From Candidatus Poribacteria bacterium (GTDB lineage: Bacteria; Poribacteria; WGA-4E; JAJDTR01), in contig CBDCTK010000002.1 of NCBI GenBank assembly GCA_965222225.1, positions 3,744,001-3,808,000 on the forward strand: a DNA stretch of 64,000 bases, in the 5' to 3' direction. The notes under the pieces are model-generated. The model searched no databases, was not told the origin of the DNA, and worked only from the letters and a program-made list of their open reading frames with translations. Each line of letters begins with the position of its first letter. Position 1 is the first letter of the stretch. The translations under genes and the position numbers were made by a program. Positions 39,618-48,769 of this stretch are shown here, piece after piece.

Positions 39618-39648
39618 ACGTGTTTCATAAGGTCTAAACGAGTTCACC

Positions 39649-40827
39649 ATGGCAGCGCCACAACTTGAAAGCAAATTCATAGAACTACAGCCGTTTTGTG
39701 ACGAGATGATTGTCAACATGGGACCTCAACATCCGAGCACGCATGGCGTGTTGCGGCTTGAGTTGAGACTTGACGGCGAGGTTGTCCGGGAAGCCATTCC
39801 GCATATCGGCTATCTGCACCGCTGCTTTGAGAAACATTCCGAGAACTTGTCTTATCCGCAAATCATCCCGTTTACCGATCGGATGGACTACATCGCCGCC
39901 ATGAACCAAAATTGGGGATTCTGCTTGGCGGTGGAGAAGCTGATGGCGGCGGATGAGAAGAAGACCTTTGAAGTCCCCGAACGTGCGGAATATTTGCGTG
40001 TGCTCATCTGTGAACTGAATCGAATCGCAAGTCATCTTCTGGCGTTTGGAACCTACGGCATGGATATTGGCGCCTTTACGCCGTTTCTGTACGCCTTTCG
40101 GGACCGCGAAAAGATTCTGCTGCTCTTCGAAAAAGTCTGCGGCGCACGCTTGACGTACAACTATGTCCGTATCGGCGGCGTTTCCAGAGATCTGCCGCCT
40201 GAATTTCTTGACGAAGTGAAAGAATTTATTGATTACTTTGAGCCGAAGATTGATGATTATAATGACCTTCTTTCGGGCAACAGTATTTTTACCGAACGCA
40301 CCACCGGGGTCGCGGTGATGTCCCAGGAGATGGCGATCGACTACGGAGCAACGGGGCCAAACCTGCGCGGCGCCGGAATGCAGTGGGATCTGCGGGTGGA
40401 TGAGCCGTATTCAATTTACGACCGGTTCGACTTCGACATCCCGGTCGGCAAGGATATACCAGAGATTGGCGCGGTCAAAGGTGACTGCTGGAATCGGTAC
40501 AAGGTGCGGATGGATGAGTTGAAGGAGTGCGTTAAGATTGTCCGACAGATACTTGAGGGCGGCATTCCCGATGGACCGATTGTGGCAGAATTCAAAGCGG
40601 TGCGCCCACCCAAGGGGGAAATCTTCTACCGGAGCGAGGCGCCGCGCGGTGAGTTGGGATTCTACATCGTGAGCGATGGCACGCCGAAACCGCTTCGCCT
40701 GAAGGCGAGGTCGCCGTGCTTTAGTGCGCTGAGCGCATTGTCGGAATTGAGCAAAGGATTGATGCTCGCCGATATCATTGCGATTATCGGAAGTATCGAT
40801 ATTGTGATGGGAGAGGTTGACCGCTAA
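39649..40827 (+). CDS. nuoD: NADH-quinone oxidoreductase subunit D
   Basis: NMGPQHPSTHGVLRL, GYLHR, EAPRGE, DIVMGEVDR. Confidence 0.98.
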   Translation: MAAPQLESKFIELQPFCDEMIVNMGPQHPSTHGVLRLELRLDGEVVREAIPHIGYLHRCFEKHSENLSYPQIIPFTDRMDYIAAMNQNWGFCLAVEKLMAADEKKTFEVPERAEYLRVLICELNRIASHLLAFGTYGMDIGAFTPFLYAFRDREKILLLFEKVCGARLTYNYVRIGGVSRDLPPEFLDEVKEFIDYFEPKIDDYNDLLSGNSIFTERTTGVAVMSQEMAIDYGATGPNLRGAGMQWDLRVDEPYSIYDRFDFDIPVGKDIPEIGAVKGDCWNRYKVRMDELKECVKIVRQILEGGIPDGPIVAEFKAVRPPKGEIFYRSEAPRGELGFYIVSDGTPKPLRLKARSPCFSALSALSELSKGLMLADIIAIIGSIDIVMGEVDR

Positions 40828-40920
40828 AACCGGTGAAGAGCGCAGAACCGATTTAACTCGCCAAGGAGTGCGATAGAGCTCCACTAGCCACTGTTTTTAT
40901 ATCTTCCAACTAGGAGTTGA

Positions 40921-42186
40921 GTGTTGGACGCGATACAGCAAATTATTGCGAGTTTTTCACGAGTATCCTCCCAAGCCGCGGGAAACTGGGCGGAGGAATT
41001 TGCCCGGAACCGATTGATTCCGCTTTTGGAACATCTCCCGTTTGTTCCGGCGGGGGTCGCCGAACACTTTCCGGTTTCGCTGGGCACGATTCTCGTGATG
41101 TTTGGAGCCTGCGCCGTTTTTGCCGCCATTGTGCCGCTTATCCCGCTAGTTCTGGTATTGGCGGAGCGCAAGGTTTCCGCCCAAATTCAGAACCGGACAG
41201 GTCCCATGCGCGTAGGCCCGTGGGGAACCCTTCAAACGCTGGCGGACGGGGTTAAGTTGATTTTTAAGGAGGATTTCGTCCCGCCTCAGGGCGACAAACT
41301 ACTTTTTGTCCTCGCGCCGTACATCATCTTCGCGTGTTCGTTCGCCGCGTTCGCCGCCATCCCGTTTGGCCAGGGAATCCTAATCAGCGACCTGAATATC
41401 GGCATCTTCTATATTATGGCGATTTCCTCCGTGGTTGTGATGGGCGTCATTATGGCGGGCTGGTCGTCCAACAGCAAATGGTCGCTTTTGGGCGCGCTCC
41501 GATCCGCCGCGCAAATCGTGAGCTACGAAATCCCGCTGGGGCTTTCCATTCTGGTTGTTGTGATGCTGGTTCAGAGCCTGAGAATGCAGGACATCGTCGC
41601 CAGTCAATCCGACGGACTGTTTAGCTGGTTGATTTTCCGCACGCCCTTTACGTTTATCGCCTTTTTCGTCTTTTTTATCTCATCAATCGCCGAAGTGAAT
41701 CGCACTCCTTTTGATTTGCCGGAGGCGGAATCGGAGATCGTCGCAGGCTTCCACACCGAATACAGCGGGATGCGGTTCGCGCTTTTCTTCATTGCGGAAT
41801 ACGCAAACATGTTCGCCGTGAGCGCCATTGCGGCAACGTTGTTCCTTGGCGGTTGGGAGGGCATCCTGCCGGGATACGACTTCCTCGGCGGAATGCCGGG
41901 CTTTGTGCTTAAGACGCTGTTCCTGGTTTTCATTATGATGTGGTTGCGGTGGACGCTGCCGAGGCTGAGAGTTGACCAACTGATGAACCTGTGCTGGAAA
42001 TATTTCCTGCCAATCGCATTCTTCAATATTCTGGGAGTCGGGATATGGGGATTGATTTTCCCGGAGGACTCCACGCTAAGCATAATCATCAGCATGGTTC
42101 TCATCCTTGCGGGGATTATCGTCACCTACGCCGTGGCGGGGAAGAGTCTGTCCAAACGCCCCGAACCTCAGCCGAGTTCGGCATAA
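40921..42186 (+). CDS. nuoH: NADH-quinone oxidoreductase subunit H
   Basis: ERKVSAQIQNRTGP, NRTPFDLPEAESE, LPRLRVDQLM; start uncertain. Confidence 0.95.
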   Translation: MLDAIQQIIASFSRVSSQAAGNWAEEFARNRLIPLLEHLPFVPAGVAEHFPVSLGTILVMFGACAVFAAIVPLIPLVLVLAERKVSAQIQNRTGPMRVGPWGTLQTLADGVKLIFKEDFVPPQGDKLLFVLAPYIIFACSFAAFAAIPFGQGILISDLNIGIFYIMAISSVVVMGVIMAGWSSNSKWSLLGALRSAAQIVSYEIPLGLSILVVVMLVQSLRMQDIVASQSDGLFSWLIFRTPFTFIAFFVFFISSIAEVNRTPFDLPEAESEIVAGFHTEYSGMRFALFFIAEYANMFAVSAIAATLFLGGWEGILPGYDFLGGMPGFVLKTLFLVFIMMWLRWTLPRLRVDQLMNLCWKYFLPIAFFNILGVGIWGLIFPEDSTLSIIISMVLILAGIIVTYAVAGKSLSKRPEPQPSSA

Positions 42187-42207
42187 CATAGGGAGGCATG
42201 GTTCACG

Positions 42208-42861
42208 ATGAATAAGTATTTCTTTAATATCTATAGAGCGCTCTATACGGTGCTCATCGGCATGCGCATAACGTTTAAGCAGATGTTCCAGCACGCAGTT
42301 ACGCACCAATATCCCTATGAACATCCGTTCGAGAAAAAGCGAAATGTACGCGAGATTCCCAAGGGCTATCGGGGACAACTGTTCAATCGGATTGAGGACT
42401 GTATCGGTTGCAAGAAGTGCGAAATGATCTGTCCTGTTGACTGCATCGCCATCACGACCCAAAAACTTCCCAAAGGCGAACGGCTTTGGGATAGCATGAA
42501 TGTGCTCCATCTTACGGATCGCACGGAGGTTGTCGGTTTCGTCGAAGGCGAGGAAAAGGTTGCTCCAAACACAACGGTTACCGTTAAAACTCGCGATGGG
42601 GAGACACTGACAATCCCGAGCGACGATATAAATCGTGTCGTCGAACGGAAACCTGTCATCTTCTATCTTGACAAGTTTGACATTGATATGTCGCTCTGCA
42701 TGTACTGCGGGCTTTGTACCGAGGTTTGCCCGACGGAGTGCTTGATAATGATAGATGAGATGAGGGGCATTGCGTATTCAACGTTTGACAGAATGGACTT
42801 GATATTTCCGTTCGCCAAGCCCGATATGTACGATCAAGCGAGTGATCAAGGGAGTGAATAA
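42208..42861 (+). CDS. nuoI: NADH-quinone oxidoreductase subunit I with internal insertion
   Basis: CIGCKKCEMICP and CMYCGLCTEVCP. Confidence 0.93.
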   Translation: MNKYFFNIYRALYTVLIGMRITFKQMFQHAVTHQYPYEHPFEKKRNVREIPKGYRGQLFNRIEDCIGCKKCEMICPVDCIAITTQKLPKGERLWDSMNVLHLTDRTEVVGFVEGEEKVAPNTTVTVKTRDGETLTIPSDDINRVVERKPVIFYLDKFDIDMSLCMYCGLCTEVCPTECLIMIDEMRGIAYSTFDRMDLIFPFAKPDMYDQASDQGSE

Positions 42862-43060
42862 CGACCGCGATAGAACTCCCATAGAGATCCCTCAAGCGAG
42901 TGAATAACGACCGCGATAGCTAATCCCGATAGTAACTCCCTCAAGCTACTGGAAAAGGAGCGATCAACTGAACGGATAGTGAAGGAGCAACTGACCGATA
43001 GGGAAGGCGGTAGAGATCCCATAGAAAGTCTTGATAGTGAATCCTAATAGCAAATCCCTC
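42832..43060 (+). repeat. GA-hairpin cluster (about six units) overlapping the nuoI 3' end
   Basis: Units at 42832, 42844, ~42891, ~42941, 42962 and ~42988. Confidence 0.85.
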
Positions 43061-43127
43061 GGGATAAAGTTCCCTTTTCAAGAAAAATCTCGGTTTCGAC
43101 CTACTATTTACCAAACACTTACAGATT

Positions 43128-43655
43128 ATGGATTTCGTCGGCATTAAATCTCTGATATTCTACGCTTTCGCTCTGTTGACGGTCGTATCCGCGCTGCTCG
43201 TGGTAACCGTGCGGAATATCGTTCACGCCGCGTTTTCGTTGATGATTACACTTTTTGGCGTTGCGGGGCTTTATGTGTTTCTACAAGCGGACTTCCTCGC
43301 CGCCACACAGGTGATTGTCTACGTCGGCGGAATTTTGGTGCTCATCCTTTTCGGCGTCATGATGACGAGCGGCCGCCTCCAGATGAGGATTCAAATTGAG
43401 CGGGGACAGTTAATCCTCGGTGGATTGGTCGCGCTCCTGATTCTGCTGCTGCTGCTCGGCGTGATTGCGAACACGCCTCAATGGGACGGGCTTAAAGACG
43501 ACGGGGCAACCTTGGAACCGACAACACGCCATATCGGCGAGATGATTATGCAGGGAGAGTTCCTGCTGCCGTTTGAAGCTGTCTCAATCCTTCTGTTAGT
43601 GGCGCTCATTGGAGCCGCATTGATTTCTCGCAAGGAGGTCAGAGACGAAGAATGA
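43128..43655 (+). CDS. nuoJ: NADH-quinone oxidoreductase subunit J
   Basis: QVIVYVGGILVLILFGVMM, LLPFEAVSILLL. Confidence 0.96.
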   Translation: MDFVGIKSLIFYAFALLTVVSALLVVTVRNIVHAAFSLMITLFGVAGLYVFLQADFLAATQVIVYVGGILVLILFGVMMTSGRLQMRIQIERGQLILGGLVALLILLLLLGVIANTPQWDGLKDDGATLEPTTRHIGEMIMQGEFLLPFEAVSILLLVALIGAALISRKEVRDEE

Positions 43656-43960
43656 CGCTGCAGCACTATCTGGTTATCAGCGCGGCTCTGTTCGCGCTTG
43701 GCGTATTTGCTGTCTTGACCCGCCGAAACGCCATTAGTATCTTGATGGGGATTGAACTAATCCTGAATTCCTGCAACCTGAACTTCGCGGCGTTTTCACG
43801 CTTTGTAACGCCTGCCGAAGACATCAATGGCCAAATCATCTCCATCTTTGGGATTGTGCTTGCCGCTGCGGAGGCGGCAGTGTTTTTGGCTATTATTTTG
43901 GCGATTTACAGGGAGTTTGGCACCATTCAGCCCAATGAGACGGATACGTTGAAGGGGTAA
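43652..43960 (+). CDS. nuoK: NADH-quinone oxidoreductase subunit K
   Basis: RRNAISILMGIELILN, AAAEAAV. Confidence 0.96.
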   Translation: MTLQHYLVISAALFALGVFAVLTRRNAISILMGIELILNSCNLNFAAFSRFVTPAEDINGQIISIFGIVLAAAEAAVFLAIILAIYREFGTIQPNETDTLKG

Positions 43961-43964
43961 TAAG

Positions 43965-44359
43965 ATGTGCCGGATTTTGGTTGACCTCAGGCTGACAAAT
44001 AGTCAAGATATGCTCCGTGCAGAAGATCTGCCTCCTGAGCACATTCGTCAGACAACAGCTCACGCGGGGCGGCGCGACTGGTAATTACCGCCGCAGTGGC
44101 TGAACAGTTGGGGCTGCCCGAAACTGGCGAAGTGGGAATTCGTTATGCGGACGGACGGACGGGAACACGCAAGGTCGTCGAAAATATCCGGGTGGCACTC
44201 CTGGGCAGCGAATTCACGTTTCGCGCTATTGTCGAGCCAGACCGAGACACAGCTCTTATCGGCGCGATTGTCCTTGAAGAACTTGAGTTTGTCGTGGATT
44301 GTGTTTCCCAGAGGTTGTATCCAAGAGATCCAAATCGTATCATCGCGGAGATTGAATAA
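43965..44359 (+). pseudogene. Clan AA aspartic protease, frameshifted at the catalytic motif
   Basis: MCRILVDLRLTNSQD...QTTA, then a frame change to AGAARLVIT...QLGLP...YADGR...LIGAIVLEEL; D(T/S)G motif disrupted. Confidence 0.75.
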
Positions 44360-44371
44360 GGAAAGGGGCGT

Positions 44372-46588
44372 ATGGTCGTACCTTTAATCAGCATTATTCT
44401 GCTTTGTCCGCTCGCGGCGTTCGCGTTCTTCGCGCTACTATCACTGACCGGTCGAAATTATTCGCGCCAAGATCTCATCTCGACCGCGGCAATGCTTATC
44501 GCCGCAATCTGCTCCTTCCTCCTTCTGCCGCAGATTTCTTCTCGCCCGGAACCCATCTCGCTCACGTGGATTGAAATCGACGAAATCAAACTGTCGATGG
44601 GCTTCTATTTCGACAGCGTGACCGCGATGATGTTGCTCGTCGTCACGATTGTCAGTAGCCTCGTTCATATCTTTTCCATCGGCTACATGCACAGCGATAC
44701 CCGTTACCCCCGGTTCTTTGCCTTCCTCTCGCTGTTCTCCTTTTCAATGTTATTCCTCGTCGTTTCCGACAACCTGTTGGGCATCTATATCGGCTGGGAG
44801 CTTGTCGGATTGTGCTCGTATCTGCTCATCGGGTTCTGGTTTGAGAAGGACTCCGCCGCGAACGCATGCAAGAAGGCGTTCCTGACCACTCGTGTGGGCG
44901 ATGTGGGGATGTTCGTGGGCATGATGATGTTGTTCACGAAATTCCATACGTTCGCACTTTACGGCGATGGCGGCATCTTCGCATTGGTCGCTGGATTAGG
45001 GTCCGGGGACATCGTTTGGTTATCCATAGCGGGCGTTCTCATTTTTTGCGGGGCTATCGGTAAGTCTGCGCAGTTTCCGCTGCACACGTGGTTGCCCGAC
45101 GCCATGGAGGGCCCCACACCCGTCAGCGCGCTCATCCATGCGGCGACGATGGTGGCAGCCGGCGTCTACTTGACGGCGCGGATGTTTCCCATTCTAACGC
45201 CCGATTCCTCTCTCACGATTGCCTACATCGGAGGTATCACGGCAATAGTCGCCGCCACAATCGCCATTGTCCGGTTTGACATCAAGCGGGTGCTCGCCTA
45301 CTCGACAATTAGCCAACTGGGATTTATGATGCTGGGAATCGGCGCCGGGAGTTATGTTGCGGGTCTCTTCCACCTCACGACGCACGCGTTCTTCAAAGCG
45401 CTGCTGTTCCTCGGATCTGGCAGCGTTATCCATGCGTTGGCTGTTCATAACGGCTCTCACGATGACGAGCACGAACATGAATCGGAGCACCATGAAACCG
45501 AACACCATGACCATGGGCAGTTTGACAGTTTCGGTATTCCGGCTGAACAGGATATGCGCCACATGGGCGGGCTTCGGCGCAAGATGCCCATCACCTTCCT
45601 CACGATGCTGATTGCAACCTTGTCAATTTCGGGGGTGCCGTTCGTGTTCTCCGGGTTCTGGAGCAAAGACGCCATCTTGGGTGGTGTTCTGGAAAGGGCG
45701 ATGGGATGGGATTCAGTGCATTATTACATTCTTTTCATAATCGCGCTCGGTGCCGCGGGCATTACCGCCTTCTATATGTTCCGTCTCATCTTCATGACCT
45801 TCTTCGGCAAACCGCGCAACCGGGAGATGTACGACCATGCCCACGAATCGCCGGGCGTCATGGCGGTTCCGTTGATTATCCTGGCGGTTCTCAGTTTTCC
45901 GATTGTCAACACGTGGTCCTCCAATCCGTGGTCTTTTGACAAATATGTGAAGGCGCCGAAACAACCCCACGTGCATGCTCCCTCACATGCGAGCGACGAG
46001 CGTCCGGTCCTATACGCACTGGCAGGTGCTTCCAACGCGTACGCCGACGACGAGGACGCCGGGCATGGCGAACATGGCGCGGCGCACGGGGAACACGCCT
46101 CGGACGACCATCATGCTCACAGCCCCGCTCACAAGATTGCGATGGTTCTCTCCATTATTGTTGCCGGTTGCGGCATTTTGCTATCCTATCTGTTCTATCA
46201 TCTGAGGGTATTCTCCGCGGAAGGCGTGGCATCGCGTTTACGTCCGCTATACAATCTCTTCTGGAACAAATACTACTTCGATGAATTTTATAACGGGGTG
46301 ATTGTCGCATTTTTCGTCGCCTGGGCAGGGGCTCTCAAGGTCTTTGACCTGCGCGTGATTGACGGCATTGTGAATCTGGTTGGATTTGTCACGCGGGCGG
46401 TGGTCGCCGCGTTCACGGGTTGGTTCGATAACAAATTTGTTGATGGGCTTGTCAATTGGGTGGCGCAGATTACGTGGTTATTCGGCGGGAGGGTTAGACG
46501 GCTTCAAACCGGAGCAATCCAGAATTATCTGCTGGTCGTTTTGGGCGGTGTTGTGCTATTGATTTTGATTTTCCGGCGGTTTCTGTAG
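44372..46588 (+). CDS. nuoL: NADH-quinone oxidoreductase subunit L
   Basis: GWELVGLCSYLLIGFW, WLPDAMEGPTPVSALIHAATM, HAFFKALLFL. Confidence 0.97.
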   Translation: MVVPLISIILLCPLAAFAFFALLSLTGRNYSRQDLISTAAMLIAAICSFLLLPQISSRPEPISLTWIEIDEIKLSMGFYFDSVTAMMLLVVTIVSSLVHIFSIGYMHSDTRYPRFFAFLSLFSFSMLFLVVSDNLLGIYIGWELVGLCSYLLIGFWFEKDSAANACKKAFLTTRVGDVGMFVGMMMLFTKFHTFALYGDGGIFALVAGLGSGDIVWLSIAGVLIFCGAIGKSAQFPLHTWLPDAMEGPTPVSALIHAATMVAAGVYLTARMFPILTPDSSLTIAYIGGITAIVAATIAIVRFDIKRVLAYSTISQLGFMMLGIGAGSYVAGLFHLTTHAFFKALLFLGSGSVIHALAVHNGSHDDEHEHESEHHETEHHDHGQFDSFGIPAEQDMRHMGGLRRKMPITFLTMLIATLSISGVPFVFSGFWSKDAILGGVLERAMGWDSVHYYILFIIALGAAGITAFYMFRLIFMTFFGKPRNREMYDHAHESPGVMAVPLIILAVLSFPIVNTWSSNPWSFDKYVKAPKQPHVHAPSHASDERPVLYALAGASNAYADDEDAGHGEHGAAHGEHASDDHHAHSPAHKIAMVLSIIVAGCGILLSYLFYHLRVFSAEGVASRLRPLYNLFWNKYYFDEFYNGVIVAFFVAWAGALKVFDLRVIDGIVNLVGFVTRAVVAAFTGWFDNKFVDGLVNWVAQITWLFGGRVRRLQTGAIQNYLLVVLGGVVLLILIFRRFL

Positions 46589-46796
46589 GTGGGGAATATC
46601 TGGTTTAGAGCCTGTTTGGTCATTTGAAAGGGGCTTTTGTCGCGAGCTGGAGTTCGCTCCTACAAACCAGACACGAAGCAGAGAAGATTTCACCTTCGAT
46701 TTGATTTGATGATCAAGGTCGGTCTGGATTGCCAAATCCAGACCGACCGTCGGACTTGGCAATCCGACGGGCGCAGAGATGTGTCGGTCAGACTTA

Positions 46797-47167
46797 GAGC
46801 CTGTTTGAAAATTCATTTCGGGTAGAACTTTTGCCCTGAAACCGATCAAATGAGCGAATAGCGAATGTGATAAATGTGATAGAAATCCCTATTTTCTTGA
46901 AAACTCCGTTTCTTTCTTGCGCAATCCCGTAGGGTGCGATCAAAGGAATGAATAATGACTGCGATAGAGATCCCCTGCGCACCAGCCTTTGTGAGCCCCA
47001 GCGGGGATCAAGCAAGTGGATAACGATCGAGCGACTGAATAAGGAGCGCGATAGAAATCCCGTGCGATTAGGAATCCTATAGGTGTATAGCAGGCGACCA
47101 CAAAAGCATGAAAAAGCCGCGCCCAAGGTGACCGAAATTGCTTTGCCACCTATTTTCAAGCAGGCTC
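46797..47167. mobile_element. Second MITE copy with TTA target duplication
   Basis: TTA|GAGCCTGTTTGAAAAT ... ATTTTCAAGCAGGCTC|TTA; an extra orphan left end TTA|GAGCCTGTTTG at 46608. Confidence 0.8.
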
Positions 47168-47244
47168 TTAAGGGAAATGAACTAGACCTGACAAGAGGAT
47201 GTATTTCAATTTTTGCAGTGGTGTAATTGGGAGGTATTTATTAG

Positions 47245-48756
47245 ATGTTATTAACGTTGATGATTTTTGTTCCGCTGATCGGCATGGTTGTCGTGCTATG
47301 TCTACCGAGGAACTCAGAGGAAACAGTTAAACGCACAGCGCTTGTCTTCACGCTAATCCCGCTCATATTGGGAGTGATTCTCCTTGCCGGGTATGATCGG
47401 GAGAGCGTAGCCCCTCAGTACGCCGTTGACGTCGTATGGATTCAGGCGTTCAATATCCACTACCACGTCGGAATTGACGGACTGAGTGTGACGCTGATAC
47501 TGTTGACTGTGCTGTTAGGGCCAATATGCGTGATTGCATCTTGGAGGAATATCGAAAAGGGTATCAAAGCCTATATGGCATTGTTCCTGCTGCTAGAGAC
47601 GGGAATGATTGGATTCTTCGCGGCGCTCGACCTTTTCCTCTTCTACGTCTTCTTCGAACTGACGTTGTTGCCGATGTATTTCCTTATCGGCGTCTGGGGC
47701 GGTCCTCGACGCGAATATGCGGCGATAAAATTCTTCCTGTATACCCTCTTTGGCAGTGTGCTGATGCTTATTGCGATGATCGCTGTTTACCTCAAGGGGG
47801 AGACATTTGACATTCCGACGCTGATTCAGTTGGCTCAGCAAAAGGGACACCTGTTCGCCAACCCCGTGTTTCAGATTTGGGTGTTCCTCGGTTTCTTTAT
47901 CGGATTCGCCGTCAAAGTCCCGATATTTCCCTTCCACACGTGGCTACCGGACGCGCACGTCGAGGCGCCGACAGCCATCAGTGTTATCCTTGCGGCTATT
48001 CTATTGAAGATGGGAACTTACGGGCTTATTCGGGTCAATTTTGCCATGCTGCCAGCAGGGATGGCTTTTTTCACGGACCCAAACGCTGCATTGGCGCTGG
48101 GGCGATCGGCGACATGGGGGTACGGGCTGGCAATCCTCGGTTTTATCAATATCGTTTACGGCTCATTCTGCGCGCTGGCGCAAACCGATTTCAAGAAGCT
48201 CGTCGCGTACTCCAGTATCGGGCACATGGGATTCGTCATATTGGGACTTGCCGCGCGTAACGTGAGCGGTGTGACGGGCGCGATTCTGCAGATGTTCAAC
48301 CACGGCGTGATTAGCGCGATGTTGTTCCTACTCGTCGGCGTCGTCTACGACCGGGCGCATCACCGCGAAATCAACGGGTTCGGCGGGCTTGGAAGCAAAA
48401 TGCCAATCTACACCGGCATCACCACATTGGCGTTCATGGCATCGCTTGGGCTGCCGGGACTGAGCGGATTTGTCGGGGAGGCGTTCGCCCTTTTGGGGGC
48501 ATACAGCAAGTATCAGGTGTTGACAATCCTTTCGACAATCGGTATTGTCGTTGGCGCCGCCTATTTCCTCTGGACTCTGCAGCGGGTGTTTCTCGGTAAG
48601 TTAAACCCGAAGTATGAGGGTATTTCCGAAATAAACGGGCGAGAAATCCTGACGCTCGTACCGCTGGGTATTCTCACCATTGTTTTTGGTGTTTGCCCGT
48701 CTCTTCTAATTAACATGTTCAGTCAGGCGGTAAGCATGTTACCGCTCGTGCCGTAG
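47245..48756 (+). CDS. nuoM: NADH-quinone oxidoreductase subunit M
   Basis: FYVFFE, PFHTWLPDAHVEAPT, LVAYSSIGHMG. Confidence 0.97.
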   Translation: MLLTLMIFVPLIGMVVVLCLPRNSEETVKRTALVFTLIPLILGVILLAGYDRESVAPQYAVDVVWIQAFNIHYHVGIDGLSVTLILLTVLLGPICVIASWRNIEKGIKAYMALFLLLETGMIGFFAALDLFLFYVFFELTLLPMYFLIGVWGGPRREYAAIKFFLYTLFGSVLMLIAMIAVYLKGETFDIPTLIQLAQQKGHLFANPVFQIWVFLGFFIGFAVKVPIFPFHTWLPDAHVEAPTAISVILAAILLKMGTYGLIRVNFAMLPAGMAFFTDPNAALALGRSATWGYGLAILGFINIVYGSFCALAQTDFKKLVAYSSIGHMGFVILGLAARNVSGVTGAILQMFNHGVISAMLFLLVGVVYDRAHHREINGFGGLGSKMPIYTGITTLAFMASLGLPGLSGFVGEAFALLGAYSKYQVLTILSTIGIVVGAAYFLWTLQRVFLGKLNPKYEGISEINGREILTLVPLGILTIVFGVCPSLLINMFSQAVSMLPLVP

Positions 48757-48769
48757 CGGGGAGGTTGAC

